Positions 1 through 12,194 of a DNA stretch of 64,000 nucleotides are shown here, in pieces. Every line of letters starts with the position of its first letter. Positions within the stretch are counted from its first letter, which is position 1. Under the pieces are notes generated by a model. The model was not told the DNA's origin. It searched no databases and saw nothing but the letters and a program-made list of their open reading frames with translations. The DNA is from Harriotta raleighana (taxonomy: Eukaryota): NCBI GenBank assembly GCA_050575255.1, contig JBNZDD010013718.1, positions 1,496,429 to 1,560,428 of the forward strand. Direction: 5' to 3'. A program made the translations under genes and the position numbers.

Positions 1-627
1 AAATGGAGTGTTTTCTATGGGGTGGGGGAGGGATAATTTTAGTCATCACAAATTTGCTGCCAACATCTTTTCGATCACAGGGATTTGTGATTCTTTGGGA
101 TTAGCGTCTTTGAGATTAGGTAATACCTGATCATTCCCATCTCGAAACCAGTGCAGGTTCTCAGCTAAATACACAACCTATTCTTTACTGCACATATTTC
201 ATGTGAATATAATTAAATGTAGGCAAATTGCCCCAAGTAATTCTTTTTTGGTTGTTCAATTTTATAGCTGGATTAAGTTTTTTTCATAACACCAGTAATT
301 GCTGGATTTTTGGGAAGCAAATGTGATGCCTAGTTGATACCGCAGAATGCAATGGCCTATTTGATGCCTTCACATTGTGCAGTCACCTAGAAGTTTCCTT
401 TCCCAAAGTCCCAACATTGTTATACAATAATGGAAGCTGAGATGTAGTGGGTGAGCTGCTGCTGATTTCTGCTCTTTATTATTCCTCTTTCGGTTGTTTT
501 TAGTCATCTAATTGACCTTAGTTTTAAATAATGTGCAACATGGAAAATGGATTTGAGATGGTTAAATACTGTTTTGCCCTGCTTTTAGTGAAGAAATGTT
601 TCTGAATGTTAACTTTTTTAACGTTAG

Positions 628-772
628 GAATTCTAGGGATCGAGATCGGATGCGACCGGAGAGATCAGGACACAGTATAAGAAGTGGGCCACCTAGTGGT
701 CACAGCAGCATGTCTGGGTACAGCAGCCGAGATGGAGGCCGGCCTGTAATGGAGAGGGGTAGTAATAATCAG
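628..772 (+). CDS. SLTM: SLTM (SAFB-like transcription modulator), third-to-last coding exon
   Basis: ttag|G acceptor at 626-627 and CAG|gtaggt donor at 773. Encodes NSRDRDRMRPERSGHSIRSGPPSGHSSMSGYSSRDGGRPVMERGSNNQ (R/G/S-rich). Phase-0 join to the next exon is consistent. Confidence 0.85.
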
Positions 773-795
773 GTAGGTAAGGCTCAGTAAATGGT

Positions 796-856
796 AACAA
801 CAAAATTACACTTGTGTAGCACCTTTCACGTCAGGAGGACATCCCGAGGCGCTGAA
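796..856 (-). mobile_element. ~60-nt L2 tail-only insertion (type A)
   Basis: aacaacaaaattacacttgtgtagcacctttcacgtcaggaggacatcccgaggcgctgaa. Other copies at 9764-9830(+), 10796-10868(-), 31555-31615(-), 46171-46216(-) and 54061-54122(-). Confidence 0.8.
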
Positions 857-1175
857 ATCAGTGAGAAGCTTTGATCGGTAGCTTGGCACTAGTGGTGCTT
901 TGCACTAGTTTGTAAATCATCAACATAATTTTGAATCATTCTTAAGCACTAATGTAATACTAAGTGATCATACACTGTACATTATCACCCTGTATGAATA
1001 ATTATTTTAGACGTTTATGTGTCACGACAAAAGAGAAATGCATGAAATAAATTATTTGTGTGCTCGGCTGGTCATTATATAGTAAGTTGCAAATCAGTTT
1101 CAGAAGTTGATCTGTCAATTTCCAAATGGAAGTGTGTGTACCAGGGTTAATTATTCACAAACTCCTCTTTCCCAG

Positions 1176-1342
1176 CAATCCCACTATCATGATAGCAGGC
1201 ACCCAGTAGTAGAGCGTCATGGGCGTGAATCAGGAGCGCCACGGAACAGTTGGCATTCTGGACCTAGTTCTCAAGGCAGTGGATATCAGGACATGAGGCG
1301 AATGAGTGACAATCGTGGCCCTGGCATGATGCCACCATCCAG
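1176..1342 (+). CDS. SLTM: SLTM penultimate coding exon
   Basis: Pyrimidine tract ctcctctttcccag| and AG|gtact donor. QSHYHDSRHPVVERHGRESGAPRNSWHSGPSSQGSGYQDMRRMSDNRGPGMMPPS matches the recalled SLTM C-terminal region (HVVERHGRDTSGPRKEWHGPPSQGPSYHDTRRMGD). Confidence 0.93.
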
Positions 1343-2770
1343 GTACTAAAGTAATTCTGTCTGTTGATGGCGTTTAATGAATTGTAATGTAAATAATACA
1401 GAAGACTCTGTTGGCTCTACCTTTTGACAGACTTTTTTAATATAACATAGAAAAGCGCCTTTTGGAACCATATTCGAGTGTACATTGCTTCTCAATTTTT
1501 TTTGGTCATTTTGTTACTCCAACAGTGATAACAATAATAGTTAATTAATTAATAAATGATGTAAATTCAACATGACCATACAAAGACAAAATTTGATTAA
1601 CAATGTAGTGAAATGTTAGGATACTAATAAATGTATCTGTTGCCAAAATCACTTTCAAGTTTCTGTGATTTCTCTTTGCTGTGTGAAAAATCCACTTGCA
1701 GTGCATTAAAACTCAACCTATATCATGATGAATATTGAGTGGTTTAGTTTTTATGGTTTGCATTTTTCAATAAGTAAGCTGTTTATATTGGTGTCAAATT
1801 CAAATCAGTGATAACTCTCCTTCCCTCACATTGTGTATTGTTTGTTCTCCACACACACCTAAGCTAATCAGTTGGGGCGGGGTAGATGAAAAGCGATTCC
1901 TGTACATCTGCCCATTCACTAGAAGCTTTGCTTCCTTAAGTGCTTTTCTATGCCAGATTTTTTTAATCGTGATGTGCTACCTTACTTTACTCTGGAAGTT
2001 TCAGGAAATCCATTCCCATCAGTAGCTGTTGATGCCTTTGAGATCAAACCGTGAAATTTCAGAAGGATCTAAGAGAAGATTCTATAATTTAGGAGTCATA
2101 GGCCCATCTTTATTAATTCTCCAAGGTCAATTACTTGATCGTTTTCCCATTAATTTATCTGTTGCCATGATTTTTGTCATGGCAATTTTGTAATCAGCAC
2201 TGGACATCACTGAAGCAGATCATGTGAATTTGATCTTCTAAAAATCTCAATGGGGCAAATCTTTCATAATAATAATCCTTGCATTTGATATAGCACTTTT
2301 CACGTTTTCTACAATGTGCTAGATCTTGTCAGTTGGTACAATTGGTACTGGGGGGCAGCTTGGATCAACATGGGGCAACATACAGATTTATACCCCAGTG
2401 ATTTGCTAACATATTTGTGCTATTTTAGATTAGGAAAAGCAAATGTTTGTCCAAGGTGGATGACACAGTATAGTGTCTCACTATGCCATGTACTGTTGTT
2501 CCATTTATCTTTTACTACCATATTTTGTCCACTTAAATTAACCAAAGTGGGATTGTATTGGTCCATTCTTTCACACCACATGGATTGGTTTTATCTCATT
2601 TGTTATATTATTTGGCATTGGGACAAATTAAGATCATGATTGGTTTGCTTTTGGTGCATTCCCTTCATTGTATACTGCTATTTTCTGTAAGACTTGGGTG
2701 CAACTTTAATTTCAACCATGAATAGAATTCTTTATTGGAATCTTACATTTTTTTCCATTGCCCACTGTAG

Positions 2771-2909
2771 TCCTTCTGTAACAAACAGAATTGTACAGAT
2801 CACCAACAACTCAATGCAAGGAGGCAGTGTGTCAGGCTCCAAAGGAATGCATGGATCAGGCGATGTTCGTTTTAAACCATTCAAAGGGGGAGCACCACGA
2901 AGATTCTGA
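2771..2909 (+). CDS. SLTM: SLTM last coding exon with stop codon
   Basis: ctgtag|T acceptor completes the AG+T Ser codon. PSVTNRIVQITNNSMQGG...FKPFKGGAPRRF-TGA matches the SLTM terminus NRIVQIS...FKPFKGGPPRRF. Confidence 0.95.
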
Positions 2910-3085
2910 TGATGGGCTTTGTAGCAGTTGGCCACCTTTGTTAGTTTCAAATTTGTCTGTACAACTTTTTTTTTTAAATGAGTTTTTGTTATACAGATGT
3001 TATTTGGTCTGTTGTATTTTTAGCAAATGTTCTGTGACTCTTAAAATTTGGGTTTTCAATGTTTCTTAGCACTGCAGATATTGAA

Positions 3086-3091
3086 AATAAA
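3086..3091 (+). terminator. Candidate SLTM polyadenylation signal AATAAA
   Basis: AATAAA ~180 nt after the stop, followed by ATTAAA and a T/GT-rich downstream tract (ggttttctattttaattttgt). Confidence 0.55.
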
Positions 3092-3213
3092 GTAAAATTA
3101 AACTAGTACGGTTTTCTATTTTAATTTTGTATAAATGTCATTCAGGAGAAAAACTGACTCCCAAGACGAGATTATACGTGTTTTATAGCTGAATTACAGA
3201 AATACCCAATAAT

Positions 3214-3351
3214 CAGGGTGGTCCCATGGGCCGACTTCACCCCTAAATGTTTTTTCTGGAAAGGAAACATGAAAATATTGCTTATGTGGCCCCCACTCAT
3301 TTCTCAAATAGGGCTCCCAGCCCTCAGCGCCTAAAAGGTTGGACCACCCTG
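3214..3351. mobile_element. Small hAT-like non-autonomous element (MITE)
   Basis: Perfect 11-bp terminal inverted repeats CAGGGTGGTCC / GGACCACCCTG, with an aaaaggttgg... end typical of hAT-Charlie-like elements. The 8-bp TSD is not recognisable. Confidence 0.55.
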
Positions 3352-6300
3352 TCATATGACCAATCCTTTCTATAATAGTTAATGTAGTTTCAGATGTTCA
3401 TTACACGTATTATAGTTCACAAGGCTTCCACTTTTGCTAAATTGTGCTTGTATTTATTGATAAAAATGAATTTTCTACATTTACCAGCAAGTTAATAGCA
3501 TATTTTTTGATAGCAAGATTGTGAGGTGTATTCAGTCTTTACACATTCACATGTATAAATGTATTACCGATGCTGGGTCAATGTATTCTTAGATTTTAGA
3601 ATAAATCTTGATATGTTCAGGTTCCTCTAATCTAAATGTGACTTTTTTACCCCTCACACTCTTGATCTTTAAAATTCCAGATTGTGTCAGTGTTCTTGTG
3701 AATCTGATGGGCATGTTTTTTTTTCCAATCATTCTCTGTTGGATTGTAATCTATGCATGTTGACAAATGTTATAGATAATTCTCACCTATTTAAGGTTAT
3801 GTTGGATTGAAATCTTATATAGTTAGCATCTTAAATTTCTATTCTGGATCTGATAGGTCGTCTCTTCAAAAACAGCTAAGTGCATCCACAAACCCAAGCT
3901 TCAGATTCATACCTATTTGAGTATGTTGAAATTCCACAAATAAATAGTTCTTCATGTAATATGAATAGCTGGGCACCTTTCATTTACCAGAAATAAATGG
4001 CACAAGTCTAAACCTGCCTCTCATCTGCTTTGAAATAATTTCAGACAAAAACAACTGCAAGAAATCCACTTTATTTTAGTTTGCTGCCTATCAATTTAAC
4101 CATACTTCTGCATTTGCAGAAGTTTTAGCACTGAGTGGTGCCAAATAAATTAAGGACAATCACCCAAAGTTGTAATGCTCCAATGTAGCACTATTCCAGT
4201 AATGACTTGCTTAAACGCTTGATTGTTATCTAGGCACTGATGGGTGTACAGTTCAGCTGGCAAAGCTGATTTGGTCACAGTATACCAATCCTAAAATTTC
4301 TTGCACTATCTGGTATTCAGTATTTTGTGCTTCTATACCAAATACACACCAAAACGTTGTTGAGGCATATTAGGAAACAGGCTTACTCATCAGTTATTCA
4401 CTATGTGGAAGTTACATAACAGTTTGACCCTAGTCCCCAATATTATCCATATCTTAATTTAATTTGTACCATCATTTGCATATCCATTTTGTTTTAACCA
4501 GAAGTATTCCCTCAAAAGATCCTAAACACTTTCTGTAGTTAATCATTTATTAAGTCTTCACTGATGTTTACACCAATAAACTTAACATATGATTTTTCAC
4601 CCTCCCCCCAAACACCCCTTAATTTGGGCTTTGAAATCTAGAACTCTGTTAGCAAAACCTCCCTTACATTTCCCACTTTAAAAAATAATAATACATCTCA
4701 AACAAACAATACATAAACAGCATTCTACCACTCTAGGCTTATTTGCAAGCATAGAACCTTAAGAAAATCTTATGGCACAATATGCTACTGTCTCCTTCAC
4801 TATTTCTCAAACTGCATAAAGGAATAATTTAAGATGTATACAGCAATAACTGGTAGCTATTTGCCAAGCTTCAGTCGTTTAATATGAAGCATATAAACTG
4901 AAGAAAAGATTGTTCAGTACAAATCTTGTTTACTTTTTAATATAGTGCCAAATGACCAAGACCTATTAATGCAATGTACCACCTACAAAAGCAGAATAGG
5001 AGATTGTCAGAACTTGTTTAATACACACATTAAGGTAATTGTGTGCTACAAACACCTATGGACAAGTTATAGAAAGGACCTGAATATTTTGTAACCAAAA
5101 TCTACCGTAAGGCAGAGCTTCCAAAACTACAGGACTTGTAACAATATCAGGATACAAAAGCAAGTGGTGTAGTGGCTGTTCACAAGACATTTAAAATAGG
5201 TCACACAAACAACTTTAAAACATATAGTACCCCCCCCCCCCCACAATGTATATATAAAAAATTATATTCAGTATTTTGGTAAATCAGTCTCATAAAATAA
5301 AGACCTCAGCAAACTGATAGGTGCAACAAAACCCATTGCAAGTAGGTTCTGTTCACCGTTTCCTTTTCCCATTGTCAGTGTGTGGTGAAAAACAAACATG
5401 CACTGGTGCTAATTACACAGTGTCCTATGGTGTGGCTGAAAAATGATCATAAATCTAATACCCTTCAATCTCACAAAAGATTACATTTTCAAGGTAATAA
5501 GGTTGACGTTGATGTACTAAAACATCCAGCATATATTCTATTGTAATACTTGAAACAACAAATCACCTTACCTTAGTGATGAAATGTTTAGTTCAACATT
5601 TAGCTTTCATGCACTGAGTATCTACACAAAGCATTCAAATCTGGTATTTTGCAAAATTAGGTTTTCTAGAATGAAATTAACTGATTTTACCCTTCTGTTA
5701 ACAAAATAAGCATGCAAAACAAATGACATTTAAAGCACGTTTCGGTCCTTAAGGTGACTTAACATTGTTTTCAGCAATCCTTCTATTTATTACACATTGA
5801 AAAGAAATAAAACCAAATGTACGTTAGTCTGTTAGAGCAGGAACTGCATGTACCATTTCTTAGAGCTAACAGTAATACAAGGCTAACAATTATAGGTAAT
5901 AAACATTTGAGTACCTTGGTTTAAAAGCACAGGTGGGGATTTTTCTAATTTGCTCTTAAAAAATTGCATCAAAATGACAAAAGCAATACAAGGACTGGAT
6001 GGGGAAAATAAGATTTATATGGATTTCAAATCCTAATGCTTTTAATATCAGTCACATTCTAATGAGGCCAGTATGAATTTCATTCGGATCTATGCATAGC
6101 ATTGTGTACGTATGTGATTTCCTAGAATTATCATGCACTAAAAATGTCAGCCGATCTAAAATATACAGATGGTTTCAGTAAACAAATCTTTTCCCCCCAA
6201 AAAAACTCTTTCTTCCACTGAACTCTCATTGGGGAAAAATGACCAAAAAAAGAAAATCTGTAGATATAACACAATCTTTTAACAAACTCAAGAACTACAG

Positions 6301-7906
6301 ACATGGAAGTGTGTTAATTAATTGTCTGAGATGTCGATAATATACATGTACAAAGACATAGCCTTTTTTGTCTGCTTTTCAGCTACCAAAGGGTTGTAGG
6401 TTTTTCTCCTGTTACAATTATACACCTCTATTCTTAGCAGCTCACTGAAGATGACCCGAACGAAACCATATTAGAGCTATTCAAATAAATAAACTGGTCA
6501 GTTCATTACAAAGCACAAAGGGGATAGATCAATAGAATCGTGAGTAGATTGGTATCAATATAAATATGAGCTTCAAATAATTTGTGTCTGACAACAGGTA
6601 GTGTTTGTTGACATGTTCCAGGCAGTAGTTTCCCAGGTAATATTGTTGGGCATTATATTAGTGAAACAATAGGAAGCGTATAACATATACCAGATTTAAC
6701 ATCAGCAAAGTAATTATGCTTCCATGAATCACTGCATTTAAAATGCCCCCTATTTTGAAATATTGGTCCCATTCAGGCAAGCAGTTTTTTTTCCCCCTCT
6801 GGAATCAACCAGTATTTGACCAAATAAATTTCAAGGCACAACATAAAGCAGTCAGACCATAGCAACCAAATAAATTATGCACAACATTCAGGACTGAAAA
6901 AAGGAGGAATCTCAATGTCATTGTAAAAACTGTTGCTTTTAAGGTTGCATTTGCTTGATTAAAAAAAATGGGACAAAGATGGCAAAATTTTGGCAGGCAC
7001 CAGTTTACGCCTTCTGCAGTTTATCACTGGTTTGTAAATCTTGATACAAATGTAAGTTGCCCCAAAAAATATTTGGTCAAAAACAAAAGTTTTGCTTTAT
7101 CTATGATTCTTGTTGTCATGACCATCTTAAACTTCAAAACACCATTTCACCCGTTTCCCCAAAAGTGAATTTTGCACAAACAATTTCAGAACCATGCAAA
7201 GCTTGGAACATTCCTCCAATTAAAATGAAAATGGAAGCAAGAGTAATAACACCATTTGTTTTTCCTTATTCATAAGAAGCTTAATATGGCTTCTGCAGCA
7301 AAACCAACTCAAGGGAGAGTGAATTTTTTGGAAGAATTCCTAGACAAGATTTTCTCCCTCTACACTTGAATCTCACAAAATTTTCTTTCAGCACATCTTT
7401 AACCTCTTTAGAAACAAATGCTAAATATCTTTTTTTTTAAAAGTGTTTCAATATCTAGAATTATAAATTAATGAAAGCTCAAGAGCATACTCTAGCTACT
7501 GCCATTTATTGTAAGCAAAAGGGGGAAAAATAAACCACAAATTGCCCGACATGTCCTGTAATAAAACTGAGGCAGCATTAGTTAAAATAGCTTATTAACT
7601 GACGACATTAATGCCAAATAATGAAGAAAAGAGGCACTGTGATTTTACTGTCACATGACAAAATGCTTTTTTTTGTATTAAGCAAATGATTATGTCTTTG
7701 AAATGTAACCACATCAAGCAATACCGTAGAAACTCCATCATGAATATAGTGCATTGTGCAACATACAACAAAGTTTGGCCGACTGTATCAAAGAAGCCAT
7801 CCTTTCTCTTCTCAAAATATGAACAATTAGGGATCAGGCACAGACGGCATGTCACCAGGTTCTTTTTGGGGGTTATGCACTTAGTTCCTGGCAAAATTCA
7901 CCCCCG

Positions 7907-8026
7907 TCACAAGAGAATACACTTGTCCTTTTCCTTCTCTCGCGGTTCTTTCCGCTGTTTGCGTTCGCTGCTCCCAGGCTGCTTCCCAGTGGCGGCGGCT
8001 GCCGCTGCCTGCGATGGCTGCCCCTG
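7907..8026 (-). CDS. MINDY2: MINDY2 exon 9 (last coding exon; basic tail and CaaX box CILL)
   Basis: Minus-strand ttccttaaattgcag|CAG acceptor (NAGNAG). Encodes QGQPSQAAAAAATGKQPGSSERKQRKEPREKEKDKCILL-stop. Confidence 0.93.
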   Translation of the reverse strand, partial: QGQPSQAAAAAATGKQPGSSERKQRKEPREKEKDKCILL

Positions 8027-8463
8027 CTGCAATTTAAGGAAACGGAAATGAAATCTATTTTGCAGGCACTCACTGATGCTTAAACGTGTCCATTTTAACC
8101 ACATGAAACTTGGGCGTAAGGTGTGAGTTCAAATCCATTCTCGAATAGCAGGTTTGTCACAAAGTGGCTATGTTTTTGTCTTATTCTTGGAGATTGTATG
8201 TTGGACAGAGCTTTGCTCAATCAGCTGATCAAAGAGGCATGGATGGTGAACATGAGAAACCCGTAACTTGGCATGTCATTCCAGGGGGAAGCGCAACAGT
8301 ACAAGGAAAAGGGGGGAAATAGTGCAGTGAAATCTTTAGTGAAAGATATGATTTAGGAAAAAAAACAATCTGCCCCTTGCATTTCACTGCTGTAAGTAAA
8401 AACCTACCAAAAACTAAAATAGGCTAATTTGGGGAAGTAAAACTAGTCCCACTTAACATTTAC

Positions 8464-8640
8464 CTGGCTTTGAGCTGAAGCTGCCTGTTCTTGTTCCTGA
8501 TAGAACTGAGAAGCTCGTCTGTCCTCCTCTTCCTGCAGTTTCTTTGCCAGCTCAAGATCACTGATTCCTTCAGGGATCTGCTCCCAGGACAAGTCCTGGC
8601 TCTGCTGCTCTTGCTGCAAGGATAATGCCATTAGATAGTC
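8464..8640 (-). CDS. MINDY2: MINDY2 exon 8 (MIU ubiquitin-binding motifs)
   Basis: AG/GT boundaries, 177 nt, phase 0/0. DYLMALSLQQEQ...SDLELAKKLQEEEDRRA are MIU motifs. Confidence 0.96.
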
Positions 8641-9205
8641 CTGAAAAATAAACATCATAAGCAAACCCCTGAACAATTTAGTGTAATGTTTGATGTGGTG
8701 AGCCTGCACCAATGTGAATGGAATAGTGTGGAGGCAGATTTTATGCAGTTGATCAAAAAGGTAATATAGGTGCCTAAAGTCTAACTGCCGACATCAAATT
8801 ACATATGGATAGCACCATTCATGTCGGGAGGACGTCCCAAGGAGTTGGATGTATGCTTTCAGCAACATTTTGTCTACTGAAGTTGCAATTACAAAAACAT
8901 CTGGTCCTATTTTAAAATCACTGAAATGTTTTAGAACCACAAGATGAAATCTGTGATAAAGTAATAAAACTACATACCACTTGTAAGACACCAAAATTGA
9001 CTGCCGATAACTTTTCTGAATTTGATAAATTGACAATACACCAAGATGCAACTGGGGTTGAACAATGCATGATAAGCACAACATTGATGACAGGAGTCTG
9101 GTGTGTGGGAGATTTAAAATTCATCTCCATTTCTCTGATGGTTGAATGTAGACCTTACAAAAATATTGAGAGGAATTTAAGACTTTTGTTTTTTTTATGG
9201 AGTAC

Positions 9206-9379
9206 CTGATCTATTTGATCCTGCTGCCCCTTGTACCCAGCCTCTGGGTCAGAAGGAGGTCTCAAGTGAAATTCAGAGTCACAGAAATTGCCATCTCCAT
9301 CCACATTATGTAAACTCTCCCAAACCACTTTCTCTTCTGTCAAGAAGCCCTGATCTGTCACCAGTAGATACAGCTGATC
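9206..9379 (-). CDS. MINDY2: MINDY2 exon 7
   Basis: 174 nt with AG/GT boundaries. DQLYLLVTDQGFLTEEKVVWESLHNVDGDGNFCDSEFHLRPPSDPEAGYKGQQDQIDQ. Confidence 0.97.
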
Positions 9380-9830
9380 CTATGAAGTGGAAAACATGGA
9401 AGAAATATTGATTTTAACAATTTTTTGTTACACAAAATATTTTTTTTTAGTATCGGAGATAGGTTAACTCTTAAAACGTTGTTCGTTTTGAGACTTTATC
9501 TAAAGATTAAAAAATGAGAAAAAAAGACTAATATGTATATCCACACCAATGCCATATGGAAGGTTTAATGAACTCAAAAAATTAAGCATTATATAAAAAA
9601 TTATAAATTTTTAATAAATTCTGATAGAATAGCATAACATTCAACTGAATTAGCTTTCAAAGTGCACTTCTAATACATTCCACTGGATGGAGTACACAAT
9701 TGACCATAACCGCCTAAGATATGAATTAAGTCTGAACTTGTCTGAAACAATGACTTTCTAGCTAGCGCCTTGTAAATTCCTCCTCACGTGAAAGGTGTTA
9801 TAACAATTGTAATTTTGTTGTTGTTGTTGT

Positions 9831-9895
9831 AAGCGCTCTGAGACGCCATCCGGCGTTGAGGGCGCTATATAAATCGAAGTTGTTATTGTTGTTGT
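9831..9895 (+). mobile_element. ~60-nt tail-only retro-insertion (type B)
   Basis: aagcgctctgagacgccatccggcgttgagggcgctatataaatcgaag(TTG)n. Other copies at 25266-25325(+), 38167-38222(-), 52046-52107(+) and 52390-52446(+). Confidence 0.8.
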
Positions 9896-12194
9896 AAGAA
9901 ATCCTCCAAAGTTGTATTTTCTCTACTAACAAAGCAGATTTGAATTGAAGGCTCCATAATAATAATTAATGCTTTTGATTATAGCACATTATCATGTTTT
10001 TGAGAAATCTCAAATCTCTTCACAGGATATACTGTAAAGTGAATTGACTGTATATTTTTTGGACTTGTGCGCAACACTAACCTAACTTTCTAATTATTTG
10101 AAACTTCTTGACATCGTGATACTATATCAAATGCAAAGATTATTATTATTTCAAGTGCTATATGGCTTACTGTGCAGGTCCAGAATGTCTAGTTTTATTT
10201 CAAATTTTTTATTGTGTTTGCTTTTCATTTCTACAAACCTGATGTTTTTGATTCAGTCGGGTTTAAACTCCATTAGAAGTTGTTCCAAACTAAGCTTCCA
10301 AATTCTCCACAAAAAAATTATAGAGGCACCTCAATACAAATCCAGAACAAAAAATACTTTAGTTTAACATTAAATCCGCAACCGAATTAGTGGAAGGATA
10401 GTGTTTTAACTTTGATTATACTATGAGAGCCAATTACCAGCCCTGTTTTGTGATTGTTAAATTACTACTATTTCAAAACCAGCAAGACTGTTGTCATTAC
10501 TTTGTGCCATCTACTGGTACATTCTTTGCTTAGCGACAAGGTATGATTTGGTAGCGCGTAACTGCAATGAATAAATATTCAATAGCTCATTTCAGTAGGA
10601 TTCTGGCTCAAAGGTATAAATGATCTGTCTCTCAAACGCTCAGGTCAATTCCTCCGTGGGAACAAAAAGACAATTGTAACTTCAGAAAAAAAAGTGCCTG
10701 TTCAAGGTTTTGAATATCTGCCCCCATCAATCAACAGTACTGTTGATAAACAAAACATGTGGCTATGTGCCAGGCACACTCCATTCCAGCATGAGAACAA
10801 CAACAACAACAACAAAATTACACTTATAGAGCGCGTTTCACGTCAGGAGGACGTCCCAAGGCGCTGAAATGTATAGAATGGGGATTCAGGACNCACTTAT
10901 AGAGCGCGTTTCACGTCAGGAGGATGTCCCAAGGCGCTGAAATGTATAGAATGGGGATTCAGGACTGCTGCGCTTCCTGAAAGTGAATAACACTGTGCTG
11001 ATGGTAATTGATAAAGCACATGAACATTGCCTCTGCCTCCCACTTAATGACACACCACGTATTAAAAGAATCACAGTGAACTACACGTACTTGTGGAGCG
11101 CAATGTGAACAATTTGCTTGTCACAAAAGGTTCCTCAGTATTATTAGCACTGGCTCAATCCAAAGATAATTAAAAAGCAGCAACTTGCCTATTCTCCAAA
11201 CGAGGAACACTCGCCAGCAAATGCCTCATTCCAACAACCACATTTTTTTTTATTCCCACATGAAAAATTTTTGCTCCTCCCAACAGACATTGTTTTCAGT
11301 ATTAAATATTTGGCACAAAGCTTCAGTAGTATTCAGTACTCAAAAATAAGGCTCAAACACAAGATACTTGTAAAGATAGTGCACCAGCCTTGGGATTTCA
11401 GTGAAGTCGGAGCAATCTGTCCATACTATGCAGCCCTGCACTCCAGGAGTGACCTTGCATTATTCCAAAAGCAAAACAGCTGGATGCTGGCATGTTTAGT
11501 AGAGTCATAAGACATCACAATTATCACTCTAAGAGGAGAACAAACGAGCTGGTGTGAAAATCTCTGAAACATGACCTCCGATTGCTTGCCGTTGGAACCT
11601 TCTGCCAAAAATACAGACTTCTGATACAACACTAAGAGCAATTCTCTCCACATACTAATAATCACCAAACTTTTTTTAAAAAGTAAACTTTTTAAAAATA
11701 TAAATAAGATTGCTCAGGCTCCATTTCTTCTACTCCAGATTTTCATGTCTTTCACGTTCACTTGACATCTGTAGTTTCTAGTGCCTACATTGTACTCCCA
11801 ACCTATTCCCCTTCCCCTGTGGCCCATCACTAGGAAAGTCCAAGTACAATGACCAAACACACAAGGAAGCTGTCCAATCTTGCTTCTCCCCTTCAATTGT
11901 TCCTATCCTTCCCTCTTCCTTTCAGGATAATACCATAATCTTTCCTGAGCCTTAAGGGCTAATCTTTTTATCTTTCATTTCAGATGAGACGCAGATTTAG
12001 AATTCTTTCCTTAACAATCAGAACTTGCAAGCCTATCTAGATATGTTTCATTCGTGATTGTAATGGGAGACACACAAAAGAAAATGTTGAACAAAATCAT
12101 TTTTATATCATCTCCTTCACTGTCGTGCTTTGCTTTCTTGGTTTTAATTCTCCTATCTTGTTACTCCTATCTGTTTCTTTTGGTAGCTTCCCTT

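Noticed and set aside
2162-2186. TTGCCATGA/TCATGGCAA hairpin in an SLTM intron, and a nearby ATGATGA box-C-like motif at ~1725
   Set aside because: The stem is only 9 bp, and no matching box D with terminal stem was found. Insufficient for a miRNA or snoRNA call.
7686-8051. 121-aa plus-strand ORF overlapping the MINDY2 last exon
   Set aside because: Antisense shadow of exon 9 and the 3' UTR, with no recognisable protein features.
10821-10965. Direct duplication of ~72 bp around a single N at 10893
   Set aside because: Duplicated flanks either side of a 1-N gap indicate an unmerged contig overlap, not biology.
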